64,000 nucleotides of DNA. Origin: an uncultured Pseudomonadota bacterium (lineage in GTDB: Bacteria > Pseudomonadota > Gammaproteobacteria > Steroidobacterales > Steroidobacteraceae). Of this stretch, positions 19,121-29,727 are shown in pieces. The first letter of the stretch is position 1. The number at the start of each line of letters is the position of its first letter. The stretch lies in assembly GCA_963832505.1 (NCBI GenBank), contig CAWHUD010000005.1:68215-132214 (forward strand), written 5' to 3'. The notes beneath the pieces were generated by a model that saw only the letters and a program-made list of their open reading frames with translations, had not been told where the DNA came from and did not search any database. The position numbers were made by a program, and so were the translations under genes.

Positions 19121-21343
19121 ATGAGCTACGCGACGACATCCCGACGCATCCCCGTATTTGCCGCCCTGGCTGCCATCGCGTGCACCGCGGCGCTGGCACG
19201 TCCACGGCCGCTGGCGATCCAGCCCTCGCAGGCCATCACCTCGCCGGTGCCGGCGACCTATCAGAACCTGGGCTACGACTCGCTGGCAATCGACGGCGAC
19301 TGGGCATTGATGACCGCCAACAGCCCTTCCGGTGTCGACTGGCAGTACGACAACCAAGCGCTGCTTTACCGCTACGTGAATGGCCAGTGGATCTTCGATC
19401 GCCTGCTGGTGTCCGACCTGATTGGCAGCTACAACGACTACACCTGGCCTTTCGTCGCGATGTCGAACGGACTCGCCGCCGTCTCGTTCCACCCGCTGCA
19501 CATGTACCGACGCAGCGGCGCGACCTGGACCGAGATCGCCCATCCTTTCACTGCCGGCAATGGCAGCCGGGAGCGCATCGATGGCCCGTTGCAGTGGGAT
19601 GGCTCCACGCTCGCAGCCCTGGTCGGGCGCTGCTGGTCGAACCCGGACTACTGGGGCGCGCTCTACGCCACTCACAACCCCGCCGACGACAGCTGGACCA
19701 CGCCTGTCTACGTATCCGCCAACGATACCTGCGACCTCATGCCTTCGCTGATCGCAAAGTCCGGCAACACGCTGGCGGTCTCCGGTTTCACGAACGATTT
19801 CGAAGAGGAACCCGACCAGGTGCGCGTATTCCGCAATGGCGCCGGGGGATGGCAGCAGGTCTTCAAGGTGCCTTCTTCCGGCGAAGCCGTGGCCGCGCGC
19901 GATCCGGAAGTCTTCGTCGCACAGTGGTACGACGAAGGCATCGAGGTGCATCGCAGCGACTCGACGCTGGGAGTCATCGACCGCCTGGTCACTCCCGACA
20001 CCGGGGCATCAATCTATCCGGCCGTACGCATCGCGGTAACCGCCACGCACGTGTTCGCCATCAACAAGGGCCGCGTTGACGTGTTCGGAAAGAATACCGA
20101 CGGAAAATACGAGCACGTGGCCGCGCTGCTCGGCAACGCCCAATGGTCTCCGGGCTGGACCCTGGCGGTGAATGGACGCCGCGTGCTGGTGCATGCCCAC
20201 AGCACCGACAACTCCAGCAATACCGCCGTGCTCGCGTATGAGTTGCCGGTCGATCTGGCGACTCCGCCACTGCAGCAGCACACCTTCGAGTCCGGCAACG
20301 CCAATGGCTGGACGCCCACCGCCGGCAGCCAGTTCAGCGTCGTGCAGCAGTATGGCAATCGCTTCTATCGGCAAACCAGCCTCGCCGGCGATGCGCGCGC
20401 CGTGCTCGATGACAGCGACTGGAACGATGCAACCATTACGGCAGACATCCGGCCCACCGGCTTCAATGGATCGGATCGCTGGGTGGGCCTCGCGACCCGT
20501 TACGCGAATGCCTCCAACTTCTACTACGTGACGCTGCGCAGCTCGGGAACCATACAGCTGCGGCGGGTGCTCGATGGCGCGATCACGATCCTCGCCACGC
20601 AACCGCTGGCCGTGACCGCCGGCAAGAAATACCGCGTGACGCTGCAGACCGTGGGCGCGACACAGCAGGTCTACCTCGATGGCCGGCAGGTGCTGTCGGC
20701 CAGGGACGCGACGCTGCAGCGCGGCCGTGCCGCGCTGGTCAGTTTCCGCGCGAGCGTGGAATTCGACAACGTCATCGTGCAACCCTCGCTGAAGTTCACC
20801 ATCTATGACTTTGACATCGCCAATTGTTCCATCTACGACGGTCCGGAATGGACGCTGACCGGTCCGGGTAGCTGGACCTGCGATTCCAAGGGCACCAACA
20901 CCCGCTATCTCATCCAGAGCTCGGTGGCGGGTGACGCGCGTGCCATATCGGGCACGTCCACCGACGACCAGGTGACGCAGGCGCGAGCGCGCGCCACGGC
21001 CTTTGCGGCGCCGACCGGCAGCCAGGAGCGCTGGTTCGGCCTGGCGACGCGCTACCGGGATCCGGCCAACTTCTACTACCTGTCGGTGCGCAGTTCGAAC
21101 CAGGTATCGCTGCGCAGGGTAGTCAATGGATCGATCACGGTGTTGGGCAGCACTGCGCTCAACGTCGCGCCGGGCACCTGGTACCGGCTCAGGCTCGAGG
21201 CGGTGGGCGCCGAGTTGCGCGCCTACGTCAACGACAACCTGGTCCTGCAAGCACGTGACACCGCCCTGCCGACAGGCAAGTCAGGCGCCGTGACCTTCAA
21301 GACGTCGGCCGAGTACACCGGTTTCAGAACCTGGCAGCCCTGA
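19121..21343 (+). CDS. secreted FG-GAP-like beta-propeller + 2x LamG/ConA-like (DUF1080-type) protein, paralogue B
   Basis: Intact 740 aa. Signal peptide ..AALAAIACTAALA. Propeller-blade strands LAIDGDWALMTAN, VAMSNGLAAVS, LQWDGSTLAAL, IAKSGNTLAVSGF, LAVNGRRVLVHAH, each with a preceding [YF]R..G..W. Two modules carry GDARA..RW[VF]GLATRY..NFYY..R..YR/WY..L..VG...YL/VNG. Confidence 0.7.
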   Translation: MSYATTSRRIPVFAALAAIACTAALARPRPLAIQPSQAITSPVPATYQNLGYDSLAIDGDWALMTANSPSGVDWQYDNQALLYRYVNGQWIFDRLLVSDLIGSYNDYTWPFVAMSNGLAAVSFHPLHMYRRSGATWTEIAHPFTAGNGSRERIDGPLQWDGSTLAALVGRCWSNPDYWGALYATHNPADDSWTTPVYVSANDTCDLMPSLIAKSGNTLAVSGFTNDFEEEPDQVRVFRNGAGGWQQVFKVPSSGEAVAARDPEVFVAQWYDEGIEVHRSDSTLGVIDRLVTPDTGASIYPAVRIAVTATHVFAINKGRVDVFGKNTDGKYEHVAALLGNAQWSPGWTLAVNGRRVLVHAHSTDNSSNTAVLAYELPVDLATPPLQQHTFESGNANGWTPTAGSQFSVVQQYGNRFYRQTSLAGDARAVLDDSDWNDATITADIRPTGFNGSDRWVGLATRYANASNFYYVTLRSSGTIQLRRVLDGAITILATQPLAVTAGKKYRVTLQTVGATQQVYLDGRQVLSARDATLQRGRAALVSFRASVEFDNVIVQPSLKFTIYDFDIANCSIYDGPEWTLTGPGSWTCDSKGTNTRYLIQSSVAGDARAISGTSTDDQVTQARARATAFAAPTGSQERWFGLATRYRDPANFYYLSVRSSNQVSLRRVVNGSITVLGSTALNVAPGTWYRLRLEAVGAELRAYVNDNLVLQARDTALPTGKSGAVTFKTSAEYTGFRTWQP

Positions 21344-21353
21344 AGGAGTGGCC

Positions 21354-23585
21354 ATGAAACACATTACTTTGTTGGGCCATGTCGGCGCGGTGACCGCGCT
21401 GATTGCGACGATTTCGACGCCGACGCTGGCGCGGCCGCTCGTTCTGCAGCCCACGCAGGTGCTGACATCGCCGGCACCCGCGTATCGCGATTTTGGCGTG
21501 CAGTCGCTGGCAATGGACGGCGACTGGGCGCTGGTAACCGCCAACAACCGCCCGCCTTCGTCTACCGATTTCGAGTTTGACGACCAGGCCCTGCTCTATC
21601 GCCGCGTGAACGGGCAGTGGGTTTTCGATCGTGTGCTGCTGACGGATCACGTGGGTGGCAGCAGCTTCGACTACACGCCTCCGACGGTGGCCATGTCGAA
21701 TAGCCTCGCGGCGGCGTCGTTCAATCCCATGCGGGTATTCCGGCGCAGCGGCAGCAGCTGGACCGAGATCAGCCATCCGTTCACCGCGCCGCCGCGTACC
21801 CGGGACTGGATCAACGGCATCGTGAGCTGGGATGGCTCCACACTCGTCGGCAATTCAGGTTTCTCGGACACGGACTGTTATGGAGCGGTGTACGCCACGC
21901 ACGGCGCCGGCGACGTCTGGACACCGCTACAGTTCGTATCGGCCGGCAACTGCGACCTCGTCGTCAACCGCGTGGCCAAGTCCGGTAACACGCTGGCTTT
22001 CGCAGCGTATCCGGACTCCACGGAAAGCGAGGTTCTCAGCCAGGTCCGTGCCCTGCGCAATGGCCCGGCGGGATGGCAGTTTGCCTTCAGCATCAACTCG
22101 CGGGGAGACGTGGTCGCCGCACGCGATCCGCTGGTGTTCGTACCGCACGATGGTGCAGACGGTGTATCGGCCTATCGCAGCGATTCCGGTGTTGCCCATC
22201 CGGATCCCGACGATCGACTGGCGGCACCCGACTACAACTACTACATCCAGTCACCCTCCGATAACGTGGTGACGACGCCGAACTACGTCCTGGCAAGCAG
22301 CTTTGACCGCACGGACGTATTCGCCAGGAACACGGCCGGGCGCTACGCGCACGTGGCGGTGCTGCGCTCCAACGACTATTTCTCGGGTTATTACTTCTTT
22401 CCCATGGCCATGAGCGGGCGCAACGTTCTGCTCTTCTCCCGTCATGTAGAGGACAACTCGAGAACCGCAGTGCTGGCCTTCGAGCTGCCGGCAGACCTCA
22501 CGACTCCCGCAGTCCAGCAACACACTTTTCAATCCGGAACCGCGAATGGCTGGGCGCCGACAAGCGGCCAGTTCGCGGTCGCCCAATCGGGCACCAACCG
22601 CATCTACCGCCAATCGAGCCTCGCCGGTGATGCACGCGCCGTGCTCACCAACAGCGACTGGACTGATGCGACCATTACCGCGGACATCCGCCCGAGGGAG
22701 TTTTCGGGCAACGATCGCTGGGTGGGGCTCGCAACGCGTTACGTGGACGCGTTCAATTTCTACTACGTGACGATGCGCAATTCGGGGACCATCGAGCTGC
22801 GACGTAACTTGAACGGCGTGTACTCGACACTCGCCTCACAGCCGCTCGCCGTCACGGCCGGCCGCAACTACCGCGTGTCGCTGCAATCCCTCGGCGACTC
22901 CCAGAATGTCTATCTCGATGGCAAGCTGCTGCTGTCAGCGAGAGATGCATCCCTGGCGCGCGGGCGTGCGGCCCTGGTCGGCTACCGTACCAGCGCGGAC
23001 TTCGACAACGTGATCGTCCAACCGTCGATGTTCTTCCCCATCTTCGACCTCGATTTTCCCAATAGCTGTTCCATCCACCTGCCCGAATATTCGGTTAGCG
23101 GCAATGGAAACTGGGATTGCGATCCTCTGGGCACGACGACGCGCCACATCATCCAGGATTCGCTGGCGGGGGATGCACGCGTCATGGTCGGCACCACCAC
23201 TGACGACCAGACGATCCTGGCACGGGCACGCGCCACCGCGTTCGCCGCGCCGAGCGGGGCGAGCACGGAGCGCTGGTTCGGCCTGGCAACCCGGTTCCAG
23301 GACACCTCAAACTACTACTACCTGTCGGTGCGCAATTCGAACCAGGTGTCGTTGCGCAAGGTGGTAAACGGCGCCATCACCGTGCTCGGGAGTGCGCCGC
23401 GCCCCGTCACGGCCGGCACCTGGTACGACCTGCGGCTGGAGGCCGTGGGCAACCAGGTGCGCGCCTACGTGAATGGAACGCTCGCAATCCAGGCCACTGA
23501 CAGCACCCTCGCCACCGGCAAGTCCGGGCTGCTTACCTTCAAGTCGGCGGCGCAGTTCAAGGGGGTACGCGCGTATCAGCCCTGA
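21354..23585 (+). CDS. secreted FG-GAP-like beta-propeller + 2x LamG/ConA-like (DUF1080-type) protein, paralogue C
   Basis: Intact (743 aa from ATG 21354; AGGAG at 21344-21348). Same architecture as paralogue B: LAMDGDWALVTAN, VAMSNSLAAAS, VAKSGNTLAFAAY, MAMSGRNVLLFS, and two lectin-like modules ending ..KSGLLTFKSAAQFKGVRAYQP*. Confidence 0.7.
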   Translation: MKHITLLGHVGAVTALIATISTPTLARPLVLQPTQVLTSPAPAYRDFGVQSLAMDGDWALVTANNRPPSSTDFEFDDQALLYRRVNGQWVFDRVLLTDHVGGSSFDYTPPTVAMSNSLAAASFNPMRVFRRSGSSWTEISHPFTAPPRTRDWINGIVSWDGSTLVGNSGFSDTDCYGAVYATHGAGDVWTPLQFVSAGNCDLVVNRVAKSGNTLAFAAYPDSTESEVLSQVRALRNGPAGWQFAFSINSRGDVVAARDPLVFVPHDGADGVSAYRSDSGVAHPDPDDRLAAPDYNYYIQSPSDNVVTTPNYVLASSFDRTDVFARNTAGRYAHVAVLRSNDYFSGYYFFPMAMSGRNVLLFSRHVEDNSRTAVLAFELPADLTTPAVQQHTFQSGTANGWAPTSGQFAVAQSGTNRIYRQSSLAGDARAVLTNSDWTDATITADIRPREFSGNDRWVGLATRYVDAFNFYYVTMRNSGTIELRRNLNGVYSTLASQPLAVTAGRNYRVSLQSLGDSQNVYLDGKLLLSARDASLARGRAALVGYRTSADFDNVIVQPSMFFPIFDLDFPNSCSIHLPEYSVSGNGNWDCDPLGTTTRHIIQDSLAGDARVMVGTTTDDQTILARARATAFAAPSGASTERWFGLATRFQDTSNYYYLSVRNSNQVSLRKVVNGAITVLGSAPRPVTAGTWYDLRLEAVGNQVRAYVNGTLAIQATDSTLATGKSGLLTFKSAAQFKGVRAYQP

Positions 23586-23586
23586 T

Positions 23587-24897
23587 TCAATCCGGCATCC
23601 TCTGCCCGCGCGTCTCGACCACCCAGTGCATGAAGAACAGCGCGATGAGTGGCACGGCCGCGATCATCAGGTGCGCACGCAGGAAAATGCCCGGATCGCC
23701 CTTGCCGGCCGCGGTAACCGCGCCCACCGCGAACACGCCACCGGCCGCGACCACGCGACCGATGTTGTAGCAGAAGCCGGCGCCGGTGGAGCGCAGGCGG
23801 GTCGGGAACAGCTCGGGTAGATAGAAGGTGAAGCTGCCGAACACTCCGAAGATGGCGAGGCCGATGAAGAAATACAGGTACAGACGCGTCTCGGCCGGGA
23901 TATCGAGGCCGAAAGTCGCGAACAATGCGGCCGAGGACGCCACGAAGTACACCTTGTACATCGTGCGCCGCCCGAAGATCTTGGCGAAGGGAATCGTCAA
24001 CAGCGTGCCGATCAGGCCACCCAGGTTGAAGGCGTTGGTCGCAGTCCTGATCCAGTCCTGCTTGAGTGCGGCGGTGGCCGCCGGATCCAGCGCGCGCACC
24101 AGGGCTTCCGCACCCGCGAGCGCATTGGCCACGGCCTGGATGAACACATTGCAGCTCCACCAGGTGATCAGCGCGGCCAAAGTCACGATCAGCGCACTGC
24201 GGGTGCGCGGCAATATCTCAGGCGAGAATATCTCGCGCAGCCGGGCCGGCGCGGCCGTGGCGGCCACGGATTTCCAGCGTTCGGGTTCCTTGACGAAGAT
24301 GCGCACCAGGAAGGCCGCGGCCGCGGGCAGCAGCCCGAACAACAGCACGTAGCGCCAGGATTTCGCCGGGTCGTGCGCGAACCAGTCGCCCGCCACTTCG
24401 GCGTTGATGAAGGTGGCGAGGAACAATCCGAACGGGGCCGAGGTGTACAGCAACGCGCCGGCTTCCACCCGCGATTCCTCCGGGACGACTTCCGCGACCA
24501 TGGCCGAACCCGCCGCCCATTCGCCGCCGATACCGAGGCTGGCGATGATCCGGCAGGCGATGAGCTGCCAGATGTCCGTCACGAAGGCACAGGAGGCGGT
24601 ACCCACCGCGTACATCAGCATGGTGATCAGCAACACGCGCCTGCGGCCGAAGCGATCGCAGATCGGCCCAAATATCACGCCTCCCGCGGCCCAGCCCAGC
24701 AGGAAAATGGAATTGAGGATGCCCGTCCAGTACGGCAGCGCGGTGCGCGCCTCCTCCCCGCCGATCGGCAGCCCTAACAATGTCGGCACCGCGTTGGGCG
24801 CGACGTAGTTGAACAGCAGCCCGTCGAAAACGTCGAATCCCCAGCCGAGCCAGGCGGCGAAGAACACGGTCCATTGATAGCGCGACAGTTTGATCAT
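23587..24897 (-). CDS. MFS transporter
   Basis: Intact. Likely start MIKLSRYQW at 24897. 12-TM-like pattern with GPICDRFGRRRVLLITM (MFS motif A) and IIASLGIGGEWAAGSAMVAEVVPEESR. Its stop lies 1 nt from the stop of the convergent paralogue C. Confidence 0.8.
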   Translation of the reverse strand: MIKLSRYQWTVFFAAWLGWGFDVFDGLLFNYVAPNAVPTLLGLPIGGEEARTALPYWTGILNSIFLLGWAAGGVIFGPICDRFGRRRVLLITMLMYAVGTASCAFVTDIWQLIACRIIASLGIGGEWAAGSAMVAEVVPEESRVEAGALLYTSAPFGLFLATFINAEVAGDWFAHDPAKSWRYVLLFGLLPAAAAFLVRIFVKEPERWKSVAATAAPARLREIFSPEILPRTRSALIVTLAALITWWSCNVFIQAVANALAGAEALVRALDPAATAALKQDWIRTATNAFNLGGLIGTLLTIPFAKIFGRRTMYKVYFVASSAALFATFGLDIPAETRLYLYFFIGLAIFGVFGSFTFYLPELFPTRLRSTGAGFCYNIGRVVAAGGVFAVGAVTAAGKGDPGIFLRAHLMIAAVPLIALFFMHWVVETRGQRMPD

Positions 24898-24916
24898 GGC
24901 GCGCGAGTGTAAACGA

Positions 24917-25014
24917 ATGGGGACGGACTTTAGTCCGTCCCCATTCAAGAAGGACCTTTGACGAAGTGTTGAGTGGGGACAGACCTGAGGTCAGTCCCCA
25001 CGCGTTTACGCGTG
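24917..25014. repeat. cluster of three stem-loops, two of them REP-like copies of GGGGAC(N)GAC..GTC(N)GTCCCC; probable minus-strand terminator region
   Basis: Hairpin 1: 24917-24928 / 24933-24944, a 12-bp perfect stem with loop TTTA. Hairpin 2: 24973-24985 / 24989-25001, 13 bp with one mismatch and loop TGA. Hairpin 3: CACGCG-TTTA-CGCGTG at 24999-25014, overlapping the stop of the GGDEF-EAL gene. Confidence 0.6.
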
Positions 25015-26788
25015 CTTGAACATGATGGGAATGCCGGAAGGCGTGCTGAGCGACTTCGCTTCCGTGAACGGGCGTTCGCGGCCTTCGGGGGCGCGATCGG
25101 CGACCGCAGCCAGCACGTCGTCCAGCGGACCCGGACGACCAAGCGCATAACCCTGGCCGAACTGGATGCCGAGCGCCGCGAGCCGGTCGCGCACGCCATT
25201 CGATTCGACGAACTCCGCCACGGTGGTGATGCCCATGGAATCCGCGAGCTGCACGATGGCGCGCACCAGCGCCTGCGAGCGCGTGTTGGTCAACACGTCG
25301 CGCACGTACGAGCCGTCGAGCTTGATGGTGCTGATCTCGAGATTCTTGAGATAGGCCAGCGAGCTCACGCCCGTGCCGAAGTCGTCCAGCGCGAAACGAA
25401 CGCCGTGGCTGGTCATGCGGCGGATGAATTGCTGCACGTGGGAGAGGTTGGCGGCGGCCGCGGCCTCGGTGATCTCGAACACCAGGCTGGTGCCGTCGAT
25501 GTTGTACTTGGCCATGGCGGACAACAGCCACTCGAGGAACTCCGGGTCCGACAGCGTCGGGCCCGAGAGGTTGATCGACACGCGCAGCGGACCGGCCGGA
25601 GAAGTGTTCGTGCTGAGCTGCTGGAAGGCGCGCTCGCACACCGCGCGATCGATCTCGGGAAGGATCTGGTAACGCGTGGCCGCCGACATGAAGTCGGCCG
25701 CTTCGACGAGATTGCCCTTGCCGTCGATGATGCGCACCAGCAGTTCGTAGGTCACCGGCAGCGTGTGATTGATCAGCGGCGTGATGGGCTGGGCGAACAC
25801 GACGATGCGCTTGTTGCGCAAGGCTTCGCGCACGGCGCCGATGAGCCCGATTTCGTCGTGCCGGCGGATCATGCTTTGGTCGGTGTCCTGGAAGACCTCG
25901 ACCCGGCCGCGACCACGGTCCTTGGCGGTCTTGCACGCGATCTCGGCTTCGGCGATCCGGTGATCGAGATGCAGTTCCGAAGCATTGGTCGTGACCACGC
26001 CCCAGGAAATGGATACCGGGTGTTCAAATCCCTTGTGCGCGTCGGCGCTGCTCACGTCGCGGCAGACGCTGTCGGCAAGCTGGCGCGCCTGCGCCAGGTT
26101 CATGTGCGGCAGGAATACCGTGAAGCGGTCACCCGACAGCCGACAGGCGAAACTCTCGCCGCCCACCAGCGCCTTGCGGATCGCATGCGCGCAGCGCGTG
26201 ATCACGCGGTCGCCGTCGGAGAATCCTGCCAGGTCGTTGATGACATGCAGGCGATCGATGTCGCCGTACAGCATGGACAACATCGCGTTGCCCTCGTGGG
26301 CGCGTACCCACGAATCGATGCGATTCTTGAAACCTTCCCACGACAACAGGCCGGTGAGCGAGATCCAGGTCCTGGGTGGCGCTGCGCGCCAGCAGGCGCG
26401 CGAAGCGGGCCAGGCGGCGGACGGTGAATTCGTCGAAGCTCGGCTCGTCCGGGCGATTGAAAACGATGAGCGCGCCGGCCGCACCGCCACGCGCGATCAG
26501 CGGGACCGCGACCAGTTTGCAGGCGATGTTGCCGCCGCTCTTGTGCTTGAGCTTGTTGGTGGCAATCGGCTTGCGGCTGTCGATGCAACGGCGCGCCAGC
26601 TCGTTGCCGACGATGGCCAGCTGCTCGCGTGCGAACGCGGCGTCCTCCTCGGAGCGGCTCCAGACCGCGCTGGTTTCGCCGCGCGAGAACACCGCGGTCG
26701 CGGCGGTACAGCCCAGTCGCAGGCAGACCGCGCGCAAAACACTTTCCGTACCGCGCTCGGGCACCGGGCCCAGGTCGCGCGCAGTCAT
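25006..26788 (-). pseudogene. GAF - degenerate GGDEF (SGDRF) - EAL c-di-GMP signalling protein; one frame change as assembled
   Basis: GAF-like N-terminus in ORF 26129-26803 (from MTARDLGP). Frame change near 26370. ORF 25006-26490 then carries RLSGDRFTVFL in place of GGDEF, and an EAL domain with YELLVRI, FEITE, DDFGTGVSSLAYL, KLDGS, EFVES and QGY. Confidence 0.8.
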
Positions 26789-26962
26789 CTCAGCTGACCT
26801 CACTGCTCTCTCCGCTGCTCTTTTTTCTGTCTTGTGGTGGTTCGCGGGATGAGATTAGACGAGTGACCTGGGGCATAAGCCCACGCACGTCGCATCTTTA
26901 CGGCAGTCCGCGCAAGCGGTCGCCCACCTGCCGGATTATGAGAAGCGCTACCGCAGGTTATG

Positions 26963-29727
26963 TCAGATGCCCCGAAATCGCCCGGTGGCCGAGTAGTCGA
27001 CCGTGCCGCTCAGGTTGCCACCCAGCAGGCTGCGGCGCCGCGTGACGGCCGCCTGCAGGACTTCCTCGATGGGCATGGGCTTGCCGAAGGAGTAGCCCTG
27101 CCCCGTGCGGCAGCCCAGCGCCAACAGGGTGTCGCGCTGCGCGTCGACCTCGATGCCCTCGGCCACGGTGTCCAGTCCCAGTGCTTCGGCCAGCGACATG
27201 ATGGCGCGTGCCAGCGCCACGGCGTCCACGCCTTCCATGGCGCCGTCCTCGCGCACCAGTCGTTCGACGAATGTGCGATGGATCTTGAGGATGTCGATCG
27301 GAAAACGATGCAGGTAGGCCAGCGAGGAATACCCGGTGCCGAAGTCATCGAGCGCCAGTCGCACGCCGATGAGTTTCAGTTCCTTGAAGGTCTGCTCGAC
27401 GCGCTCGGAATCCTCCAGCAGCAGGCTTTCGGTCACCTCGAGGATCAGGCTCTCGGGCCGGATCGCGTGCCGCTGCAGCGCCGTGCGCACGTCGGACGAC
27501 GATGCTGCCGTGGTCGAGGTAGCGGCTCGAAATGTTGACCGACATGCGCACTCCGTCGCCCTGCGCGATGTTGCGCTGAAGCGCGACCGAGATCGGCGCA
27601 GGCGCGATCGAGCATCCACTGCGTCATCGGCACGATCTGCCCGGTCTCTTCGGCGAGCGGAATGAATTCGCCGGGCATCACCAGCTCGCGCGTCGGATGG
27701 CGCCAGCGCATCAGCGCCTCGACGCCGACGAGGTGGCGCGACGCCAGGTCCACGATGGGCTGGTAATACGCCACGAACTGGTGCTGCTCGATGGCGATCG
27801 CCAGTTCGTTTTCGATGCGCATGCGGCGCCGCGCGGCGCGCAGCATCTCGGGCGCGAAAACCTCGACGTGACCCTTGCCGCGCGACTTGGCCGCGTACAT
27901 GGCCGCATCGGCGTTGCGCAGCAGGCGTTCGACGTTGCTGGCGCGGTCGGCAATCGCCACGCCCACGCTGGCGCCAATGCGCACCGGCCGGCCGTCGATT
28001 TCAAAGGGCTGCCGGCAGGCGTCGATGACCTGGCGTGCAACAGCCAGCGCCGCGTCGACGCCGGGCGCATGGTCGACGAGCACCGCGAATTCATCGCCGC
28101 CGAGCCGCGCGACCGTATCGCCGGCGCGCGTGCAATGCACCAGCCGGTGCGCGAAGCCGCGCAGCAGCAGGTCGCCGGCGCTGTGTCCCAGGCTGTCGTT
28201 GACCGTCTTGAAATCGTCGAGGTCGATGAACAACACCGCCGGCGTCCGGCCGTCGGCCACGTGGCGGATGGCCTGGTGTACGCGGTCGGAGAACAGCGAA
28301 CGGTTGGCGAGCAGCGTCAGCGGATCGTGGAATGCCAGCGTGCGCAGCTGATCGTTGAGCCGCGCGGCATCCGACACGTCGCGAATGTTGAGCGTGATGC
28401 CGCGAATCGAATCCACGTGGCAGAGGTTCGCGATGACCATCTTGAACGAACGCTTCTCGCCCTCTGCCTGCGGAATGGAGAACATCGCGTTCTGCTCGGA
28501 GTTCGGCGTCGCCAGCACCTGGTTGAAGGCTTCGCGGACGTGCGGGGCTTCGGGACCGAGCACGTCGTCGAGCCGCTGGCCGTTGAGCTCGCCCGGCGTG
28601 GCATCCAGCAACTGTTCCGAGGAAGGGCTGGCATAGCGGATCACGCCTTCGATATCGCAGATGGCGATCATGTCGCTCGAGCGGCGCACCAGCTCGGTGA
28701 GCCGCTCGTCGAAACGCCGCGTGGCAACTTCACGATGCAGGCTGGTGACTTCGCGCGTGGCCAGCGCCTGGCTCGCGATCACCAGCACGGTCGATACCAC
28801 CATCACCGCGATGAGCAGCGGTGACTGGAAATTCGTCAGCCCGAGGCGATCGTCGAGCAGGGCGATGATGCCGGTCGACAGCGCGACGATGGGCAGCGAG
28901 CCACGCAGGTCGCCCTGCAGACCGAACGTGTCGACACCGGGATTGCGCTGCTGCCGCTGCGCACGGGCGCTCATCATCAGGCCGAGGTAGAAACCGAAAT
29001 ACGCCAGGTCGCTGGCCGCGCCGACTTCATAGGTGCCGCTCAACTCGGCGTTGACCCACAGCAGGTCGGCCAGCAGCGTCGCCACCATGGCGAGCAGCAG
29101 CCACACCAGCGGCCGTTCCGCGCGCCAGTTGGTGAGCTGCATGGCCAGCATCGCTCCCGCGATGAGTGCGATCGCGTTGCCGAGGCCGTAACCCGCCACG
29201 GACCAGTTCTCGGCAATCTGCGCGACGCTCATGTCGCCGAGCGGCTGCAGCGCGGTGAACCACAGCAGGGCGCAGAAGCCGATCGCCAGCGTGGCGAAAT
29301 CGATCAGCGAGCGCGCGGTGTTGAGATTGCCGCCGCGGTCGAAGTACAGCAGTCCGCAGGCCACGGCGGCCATCGGGTAGTAGAAAAGATAGAGCACGTC
29401 GGGCCAGGCGCCGATCGTCTCCTGCCCGGTCAGTGCCGCGTAACCCCAGCCGGTGCTTGCGATGAGATCCAGGATCAGCGCCCCGAAGATCAGCTGGAAC
29501 GCCAGCCGGCAGCGCCGCGTGAGCGACGTGTCGGTGATGACCGGCCACAACAGGAGACCGGTCGCCAGCACCAGCGGGTACGTGCCCCAGGCGCCGATGA
29601 ATTCCGCGGCTTCCTCGCCACCCCAGCCCGAGAACAGCGCCGCCGCGCAGGCGCCGCTGTAGATCAGACTCAGGATGACCAGAGTCGGCGCCCAGCGATC
29701 GGCGAATTTTGCGAGGGAGAACGTCAT
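26963..29727 (-). pseudogene. membrane sensor - PAS - GGDEF - EAL protein; about 2 frame changes in the EAL domain as assembled
   Basis: ORF 27445-29751 (start MTFSLAKF at 29727). About 8 TM segments, a PAS domain, and RAGDTVARLGGDEFAVL (RxxD I-site 5 residues before GGDEF). EAL domain with EALMRW. Its C-terminal part continues in ORF 26963-27619 (ILEVTE, DDFGTGYSSLAYL, QGYSFGKP). Confidence 0.85.

Noticed and set aside
20009-21250. Long antisense ORFs opposite recognised genes (for example 20009-21250, 24218-25936, 61405-63801, 60073-61794, 14087-15607, 8240-9358, 5413-6444, 351-1004)
   Set aside because: They have Arg/Ala/Gly/Pro-rich low-complexity translations typical of the antisense strand of high-GC genes. 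They show no motifs, and each fully overlaps a gene with strong family similarity.
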